DNA of 64,000 bases from Octopus bimaculoides (Eukaryota), in NCBI RefSeq assembly GCF_001194135.2, contig NC_068985.1, forward strand, positions 24,021,841 to 24,085,840, given 5' to 3'. Below, piece after piece: positions 55,140 to 64,000 of the stretch; the first letter of the stretch is position 1, and each line of letters begins with the position of its first letter. The position numbers were made by a program, and so were the translations under genes. The notes beneath the pieces were generated by a model. The model did not search any database, was not told the origin of the DNA, and saw only the letters and a program-made list of their open reading frames with translations.

Positions 55140-57448
55140 NNNNNNNNNNNNNNNNNNNNNNNNNNNNNNNNNNNNNNNNNNNNNNNNNNNNNNNNNNNNN
55201 NNNNNNNNNNNNNNNNNNNNNNNNNNNNNNNNNNNNNNNNNNNNNNNNNNNNNNNNNNNNNNNNNNNNNNNNNNNNNNNNNNNNNNNNNNNNNNNNNNNN
55301 NNNNNNNNNNNNNNNNNNNNNNNNNNNNNNNNNNNNNNNNNNNNNNNNNNNNNNNNNNNNNNNNNNNNNNNNNNNNNNNNNNNNNNNNNNNNNNNNNNNN
55401 NNNNNNNNNNNNNNNNNNNNNNNNNNNNNNNNNNNNNNNNNNNNNNNNNNNNNNNNNNNNNNNNNNNNNNNNNNNNNNNNNNNNNNNNNNNNNNNNNNNN
55501 NNNNNNNNNNNNNNNNNNNNNNNNNNNNNNNNNNNNNNNNNNNNNNNNNNNNNNNNNNNNNNNNNNNNNNNNNNNNNNNNNNNNNNNNNNNNNNNNNNNN
55601 NNNNNNNNNNNNNNNNNNNNNNNNNNNNNNNNNNNNNNNNNNNNNNNNNNNNNNNNNNNNNNNNNNNNNNNNNNNNNNNNNNNNNNNNNNNNNNNNNNNN
55701 NNNNNNNNNNNNNNNNNNNNNNNNNNNNNNNNNNNNNNNNNNATATATGGTATAACAGATTGGAATGTTTCTTTAACATTTCTAATTGGAAACTAAATTT
55801 GGTAACTAAGGAAGGAAAGAAGGAAAGAAAGAAATGGCTGAATAAATGACTGAAATTGATTGAAAGACAAAATCTTGTACGAAACATTGGAAGAGGAAAG
55901 GAAGGCTGTTGAAACGTGTGTCGCAGCCAGTCTAATAGCTTGGCATTAATTTGAGTTGTTAATTAGTACTTGGGGGCTTATGGAGCAGATGTTACCGTTA
56001 TCAATAAATCCAACGAACATAAACATACACACACACACACACACATACATGTGTGTATATAATATATAATATATATATGTATATATATATATATAGTCGC
56101 ATACATGGATACAGATGTTAACAACAATATAAACAGATATATCTATGTACGCAATCACAAAATTTCAAGCGAACTTATATAGTAAATACGTGCTACTATC
56201 TAATCTGTAATCTCTTTGCACACTTAAATATTCAATGAAACTCTGTGACCAATTAGATGCCGTACGAAATTAACTGCTGAATGATAATGGTTCAAGTTGT
56301 ACACAATTTTTCCACTAGCGTCTAAGTTAGTTTAATTATATATGGATTGGTGTAAGCTTTCGTAATTTTTTCTTTATCGCATCAGCGAATAACAGTAACA
56401 AGCTATAGAAAGCAAAGCAAAACGACGGGAGGCGAGTTGTCGGCACAAGAGAGAGCTCATGTCAATGGGCTCATGGCCAAACCTGATTGAACAAAAATGT
56501 GGATATATTTGGCATAATTCAACACGAAGACCAGTTTTGTACTGATAACGGCTTTACTGATTACTCTCATTTTGCCCCAATGTTAAGTTTCTTCGAAGTT
56601 CAATGATAGAAATGGATTTTCGTAGCTAGGTCCATGAAGCTAGGATCTATGAAACAGAGATCCGTGTGATTTAGGATGGGATCGAGGGTGGCTTATAAAC
56701 CTCTATGAGCACATTTTTGAATGTAAAAAGACGGGGAAAACTGCCCTCCCCTGCTTACTATTGAACTTCAATTTTTCTATTATGATACAGAAATATTTTG
56801 TGTTTTTAGCATCGAAAGTTAATCATGAGAAGGTAACTATGGTTCTTATCCATACTTGTATAATCATTGCTTTCCAACATTTTAGTTAAGAACAAGCTAC
56901 AGTTTGATTTTAGTTAAAAATAAAATAAAATAAAATAAAAAAAAACTAATATAGTCATTGATATTAACGGTTTCAAATTTTGGCTCAAAGTTAGAAATTT
57001 TAGAAGAGGGGGGGGAAAGACGATTACATCGGCCCCAGTACGACACTGGAACTTATTTCATCGACCCTGAAAGGACAAAATGCTCACCCCACTAGTGATA
57101 AGTTTTAATGATTATATATGGGACTAGAGGTGACAAGGCCAAATAAATACCATTTTATACAAGCGTAATTAATTTTCATTTACACCATTTTCTTTTTATA
57201 TAACATCGAGAATAAACAATGTATCTTTAAATATTTTAAAGTAAAACGATTTCACCCTCATCCTTTCTCTCTCACAGTTTCCATTTGAGGTACAGTTCCT
57301 CTCGTTTATGAACTCTGTAATGCATTGACAGGATACTTACTTATTATTTAATACAACTCCTAGAAAATCACTATTAATCTCGTCTAAATTATACTACTAA
57401 ATTATACTACTAATCTCTCTCTCTCTCCTCGAGTATAACCGGCCGAAA

Positions 57449-57598
57449 TTGCAAAGAAAATCTGGATCTCGACTGATGAAAGAAAACTCCGAATGACCTG
57501 TCCTTGTTTTTCTTTGTATCGTCTGTCTGGATGTTTTGTTGTCCCTTTCTTGTATCACCTAACTGTCTGGATGTTTTACGTCCTTGTCCCATTTTGTA
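57449..57598. repeat. About 150-bp dispersed repeat, copy 2
   Basis: Direct repeat of 53437-53587. Confidence 0.9.
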
Positions 57599-58188
57599 TT
57601 ATATATATATATATATATATGCCTGTTTGTCTATGTATACATCCCTCTTTCCCTCCCTTCATCCATCCATCCATCCATCCATCTATCTATCTATATAGCT
57701 ATCGATCTATTTCTTTGTTTAACCGTAGCTTAACTATTTATTATGTATTACCGTTTATTATTCATAGTTTTCGTCTATTCACGTTGATTAGATTAAAGCA
57801 ACCGAAGGAGATGAATTATTAATTATATACAATATTGTCTACACAGTTGTTACACCGCTTTCTATCCACAGTTTTACTGTATCTCTGTCTATTTAACTAA
57901 TTTCTCTCTGCCTCACTCGCTAACAGTCAGTTCATTTGTCTCATTGTCCTATCTCTCAATATCTGCGTATTTACCACACTTTCACACAAACTCATCCACA
58001 CGCACACGCGCACACACATATGTATACACAAGCAGACAGAAGCACACATACACCCATACTGCTTGTTTCTTGTCTCTCCACTTCAGCCATCTAACCAGCT
58101 TCCTAACCAGCTATTCACCTTCCTCCCTCGCTACCTTTAAATGTATCAATCTATCGATGAATCAAATAACCTATTTTCTCAAACTACT

Positions 58189-58257
<69 letters not shown>

Positions 58258-58364
58258 AGTCTGTCTGACTGCTGTCTGTTTGTCTGCCTGTTTGCATGCC
58301 TACCTGCCTGTCTTATGTCTGCCTGTATGGCTGGCTGTCTCTCTCTCTCTGTGTCTATCTGTCA

Positions 58365-58404
<40 letters not shown>

Positions 58405-58661
58405 CTATCTCTCTATCTATCTCTATCTGTCTACAGCTCTCATTCTATCTCACACAATCTATCTCTTTTTGTCTTCTTTCTTAGGTGGAACCAATCAGCT
58501 GCCAACAATAATTACACCAATAATTATCGGAAGCAATGACAAGTCAAACAGAAAACCACTTCTCTTTCCCTCCTTATCTCTTCCTCTCTCTCCCCCTCCC
58601 TCTCTCCCCATACACATACATATATTCATACTTACATGCATTTATACATACATGCAGACAT

Positions 58662-58700
<39 letters not shown>

Positions 58701-59823
58701 TATTCACACATATGTATATATAAATTCCTTTTCTACATCCAATACGTTCCACGTATCCACACACACACACACACACACATGCACAGATACACGTATTGTA
58801 TATTCTCTTATCCGTCGTCTCTGACATCGTCCATTTAAACTTATATGTGTGTGTCTNNNNNNNNNNNNNNNNNNNNNNNNNNNNNNNNNNNNNNNNNNNN
58901 NNNNNNNNNNNNNNNNNNNNNNNNNNNNNNNNNNNNNNNNNNNNNNNNNNNNNNNNNNNNNNNNNNNNNNNNNNNNNNNNNNNNNNNNNNNNNNNNNNNN
59001 NNNNNNNNNNNNNNNNNNNNNNNNNNNNNNNNNNNNNNNNNNNNNNNNNNNNNNNNNNNNNNNNNNNNNNNNNNNNNNNNNNNNNNNNNNNNNNNNNNNN
59101 NNNNNNNNNNNNNNNNNNNNNNNNNNNNNNNNNNNNNNNNNNNTATATATATATATATATGTTAACCATAACCAGTTCAATTGCAGTATCAGTTTTTAGC
59201 TCTTTCAATCATCCTGCACTATTACGTTGTGCCGGCTCACAATTCGTAACCGCAGAAGGAGTCACTCTTGACAAAATAGAGCCGAGGACATCCGGTTGTC
59301 AGAGACCGGAACGTGTGGGTGAGAGAGGTAGAACGAAGAGATTTAATAGGAGAGGAAGAGAGTGTGTGGGAGACGTGTAGAGTTAAAGAGTGGAATGAGA
59401 AACAGAGGAGACAGAGCAGTATTGTGATAGTGGTGTTCATGATGGTGGATCGAATAAATGAGTTGGTTGGTGAAAAAGAAAGGAAGCAAAATATGGCGCT
59501 AGGTGTGTAATTTGAAACGAATAATAGATAGGACGAATAATAGATACAATTAGGGTTATATATGCGTACATATACATACATACATACATACATACATACA
59601 TACATACATGCATGCATGCATGCATGCATTCATTCATACATACATACATACATACATACAAACATACATACATACATACATACATACATACATACATACA
59701 TACATACACATGTATAGGAGTTTGTGTGTGTGTATGTACATGTATTCTTGTATGGATGTTCGTATATGTATATGTATATGTATATGACTATGTGTCTGAG
59801 CGTGTATATGAATTGTGCATGCA

Positions 59824-59855
<32 letters not shown>

Positions 59856-60559
59856 ACGTGTGTGTGTGTGTGTACGTACCTATATATGTATGTATGTATG
59901 CATGTATGTATGTATTATGTATGTATGTATGTATGGTATGTATGTATGTACGTACGTATGTATGTATGCATGCATGTATGCGTGCTTGTGCGTGTGTGTG
60001 TGTGTGTGTGTGTGTCGGATGCGTCTGTATCGGTTGGGAGTTTCATACATTAGTCTTCTGTTAATTATGAAGTGATTAAATACACAAATAATTGAATGTT
60101 AATTACATCTACGACTAACTGAAATCTGATTTTAATTTGCTGACCTTCATACATTTTCTTCCTATCTTTAGAAATATTGATTTTTCACGTTGCAGGTGGG
60201 GGTAGGAGACAGAAAGGGGTGTGGGTATCGATGCACGTACTAGAAACAGATATATAATGCCAAACCACAGGAAATTTTCAAAAAAGAAAATAAGGAAAAA
60301 AAAAACAACAAAAAAAGAAAAAACAAAAACAAAACCATCATTGATTTGATCATGAGAGCGGTTGAATCCATGACTTTAGTAGATTCTTCAAAATCAGTAA
60401 ATTTGACGTGGTAAATGCTCTTCTTGGATGGATATTTGCAAGCCGACAGCTGCAAGGAATCAAGACCAAGGAGTGAATTCTAAGTGCTGACTATCAGGGG
60501 TACAAGGACCCGACGTATTGGTTAGTGCGGTCCTGATGGAGGGACGAGATTATGTAGGT

Positions 60560-60785
60560 GCCATGAAGGCAACGAGCCGGCAGAGTCATTAACACGCCGG
60601 GCAAAATGCTTAGCGGCATTTCGTCCGTCTTTACGTTCTGTGATCAAATTCCGCTGAAGTCGACTTTGCCCTTCATCCTTTCGGGATTGATAAATTTATT
60701 ACCAATTGAATACTGGGTTTCGATGTAATTGACTTAACCCCTCCCCACGAATTTCAGGCCTTGTACCTATTGTAAAAAGGATTAT
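60560..60785 (+). mobile_element. SINE family A copy
   Basis: cacgccgggcaaaatgcttagcggcatttcg..cgactttgcccttcatcctttcgggattgataaa. Confidence 0.8.
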
Positions 60786-60912
60786 GGAGTTAGCATGGGG
60801 TTAGCCAGCTATCAAGAACCAAGACTACTGCTGAAGGAGATGGAGGACAGCAAGACAGCGAGACAGCACATGTTTAATTTATAGGCTTACGTTTACTGTT
60901 GTGCTACTTCAT

Positions 60913-61215
60913 GGTGTGGAGGCGCAATGGCCCAGTGGTTAGGGCAGCGGTTCCGATTCCCAGACCGGGCGTTGTGAGTGTTTATTGAGCGAAAACACCT
61001 AAAAGCTCCACGAGGCTCCGGCAGGGGATGGTGGCGAACCCTGCTGTACTCTTTCACCACAACTTTCTCTCGCTCTTACTTCCTGTTTCTGTTGTACCTG
61101 TATTTCAAAGGGCCAGCCTTGTCACACTGTGTCACGCTGAATAATATCCCCGAGAACTATGTTAAGGGTACGCGTGTGTGTGGAGTGCTCAGCCACTTGC
61201 ACGTTAATTTCACGT
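60913..61215 (+). mobile_element. tRNA-headed SINE family E. Inverted partial copy at about 43620-43800
   Basis: ggaggcgcaatggcccagtggttagggcagcgg..ggagtgctcagccacttgcacgttaatttcacg, matching cgtgaaattaacgtgcaagtggctgagcactcc at about 43695. Confidence 0.8.
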
Positions 61216-61606
61216 CCTAAGCGACGGAATTCTAACAACAACTTCATGCTACTTCATGACAGTCAAGTGGGCGGCCTATTTTGGATACTATCAAAGATAT
61301 TTTTGTGTATGGGGGTTTTGTATGTGGGTGGAGCATATATTACTATTAGTTGAGACAGTGAATTTTCTTAAGGTAAATATATTGTTTGTTATATGACTAA
61401 CAATGATTGGAAGATAAAACGTACTCTGATGGTAAGATACAACTGATTTGTTCATCAATGAAATACGCGTAAAAATATTTTGAATAGATGTATAAACTTA
61501 TTTCCACTTTTACTTTTATGCGTGTATATATGTATAAGAATGTATATATATAAATATATGCATATATATGTATATATATGCAGGTGTGTGTGTATTTGTG
61601 TGTGTG

Positions 61607-61666
<60 letters not shown>

Positions 61667-61908
61667 AACAATACACTTGCAAAGTATTAATGCGACATAT
61701 GAAATTCCATTTCAGCCAAATCCCCATTTCGGAAGATCTTCAGAAAAATATTTCCGAAGAACATTCTCTTTTAACTCGGTTCAATTGGCAGCCAGTTCCA
61801 TTTTACTGTGCTGCTGCATAAGAATAGTAGAAAGAATTCCAAAGCTTCTTAAAACATCCGTTAGAGATATTTCACAAAGTTACTAGGATTAGTTCGTTAT
61901 GATGGCTA

Positions 61909-61972
<64 letters not shown>

Positions 61973-61985
61973 GTCTGTCTATCTG

Positions 61986-62036
<51 letters not shown>

Positions 62037-63401
62037 GTCTGTCTGTCTATCTGTCTATCTGTCTATCTATCTATCTATCTATCTCTCTATAATATGGTTC
62101 CTATATAGTATGAACATGTGAAGGCGTGTGACCGAATGGTTAGGGTGCTGCACTCACGGTCGCTAGATCGTGGGTTCGAGCCTCGGAGTGGAGGTTGCGT
62201 TGTGTTTTTGAGCAAAACACTTCAAGTCTCGCTGTTCAACGGGTGGGAGAGTGACAGAAACGTTGGCACGTCGGCGAAAATTCTTTAGGGTATATCTTCC
62301 GGCTCTCTACATTCTGAGTTCAGATCCTACATGCCTGGAGAAGGCAAAAGGAAACCATTCCAGTATTCATCGTGGGTCTAGTCATAGTAACCAAAGTTCC
62401 AGTAAACTGTTCATCGCTGGCACAGGAGGATATAGGCCGTCCCAGGTCGTATAGAGAGTGTTGGAGAAGGTTCACACACGCAGTACCTGCACAAGGGTGG
62501 ACCAACGCTAGACTAAACCGTATAAATTGCACGTGTTAATATTTGAAGAGTAAACAAATACAGTGATGAACGAATAACCAGGTATTACACGGTCATACCT
62601 GCATCTGTAGATAATATCTTCAGCGAGAAGTTAGCCACATTTATATTTTCACCTCAACTATGTAACAATAAAAATTATTGCCTGGACGAAGTAACATCTG
62701 AATGAAAAATTAATCACATCTCTACTCAACAGCATTGAGTTCGAATCCTGCCTTTTGCCGTTTTCTCTGTCCTTTCAGTAACATATTTCGTATATTTGTT
62801 GTTCTTTAGACCTTGATCGACCCAGATTGAGCAGAAGTATGATCATAGACCTTCCAGGCAAGACAATCCTTTTTATTTATTTTTTTTTTTTAAGATGGAG
62901 AATTATGCAGCACAATGTGTGTTTCCATTTTGAGGTTGGATATGAATTATGGGAATTTGCTATCTGTAGCAGGTCGAGCGATCCCACAGACGTTCTGGCT
63001 ATGTCTTCGTCGTGTATGTGTAGACAATGCAGGTCAACAAGAAAGACAACACACCAGATGGAAAGAAAGAGAGAAGTGAAAGCGAAAGAGACCAAGAGTG
63101 AGAAGCTCACGTTGTTTACAAAGAGATTGATATGGTTTAGTTATTATTACGTATCGCGTGTTTTCTGCTAGACCACGAGTTAGACCACCTAAGTGGTGGA
63201 GCATCTCTCAGACCTATGAAAATGCAGCATTACTGCTTGTAACAACGGACGGCAGAGCATCCGTTTGAGAAGGGTGACGTCGCTCCAGCTGACAAGGAGA
63301 CAGTGATAGTCTAGTGAAAACTGTGTGATGAGAAATTAATCAATCATTCTATGTTTTGTGCTTTCTTTTCCTTACTGTGTCTCTTTCTGCCCACCTCTGT
63401 C

Positions 63402-63441
<40 letters not shown>

Positions 63442-63460
63442 GTATCTATCTATCTATCTA

Positions 63461-63495
<35 letters not shown>

Positions 63496-63720
63496 GGTCT
63501 ATCTGACTGTCTGATTGTGCTTTCTCTGTCTCTTTTTCTTACTCTCTTCTTCCCCCTCTCTCTCTCGCTCTCTCTCTCTCTATCTATCTATTAGCCTGTC
63601 TGTTTATTTCTCTCTCTTTCTTACTTTCACTTTCTGTTTATCTCTTTCTATCTGTCAGTCTGTTTGTCTATCTATCTGTTTGTATGTCTATCGATCTGTT
63701 TTGTCTGTCTATCAGTTTGT

Positions 63721-63786
<66 letters not shown>

Positions 63787-64000
63787 GTCTGTCTGTCTAT
63801 CCACCTGTATTTCTCTTTCATATGCACGTAACTTCTTGCAAAGTCTTCAATTTCCTTTTACGTCTCCATTTCCGCCATGTTCATTACTCACTTAAGCAGA
63901 CTCCTTTTTTCTCTCCCCTCGTCATCCCAGAGACGTCAAACACTTATCTTCTACGGGATTAGATGTAATCTGTTAGATTAAGATAATTGAGTCTTAATCC

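Overview
AT-rich eukaryotic DNA dense in microsatellites, SINEs and LINEs, with 12 N-gaps (about 3.6 kb in total). The repeat content suggests an octopus/coleoid cephalopod short-read assembly (inference). The only real protein-coding gene I can support is an uninterrupted minus-strand ORF (29313..31130, 605 aa) encoding the vesicular acetylcholine transporter (VAChT/SLC18A3). It has the diagnostic transport residues and an unusual Gly/Ser/Asn/Tyr-rich C-terminal tail. About 600 bp upstream lies a 93-nt non-coding exon candidate with a good acceptor and tandem perfect donors, which folds into a hairpin burying its own 3' splice site. This fits the cholinergic gene locus design (VAChT nested in ChAT intron 1), but I found no ChAT coding exon in the window. 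The rest is repeats: decayed R4/Dong-like non-LTR retrotransposons in (TAA)n arrays, a second restriction-like-endonuclease (RLE) family whose copies sit in (CATA)n arrays, two hAT MITEs with 8-bp target site duplications (TSDs), and many tRNA-derived SINEs. Nearly all other ORFs in the track are microsatellite or gap artefacts. All comparisons were made by eye; repeat boundaries are approximate.
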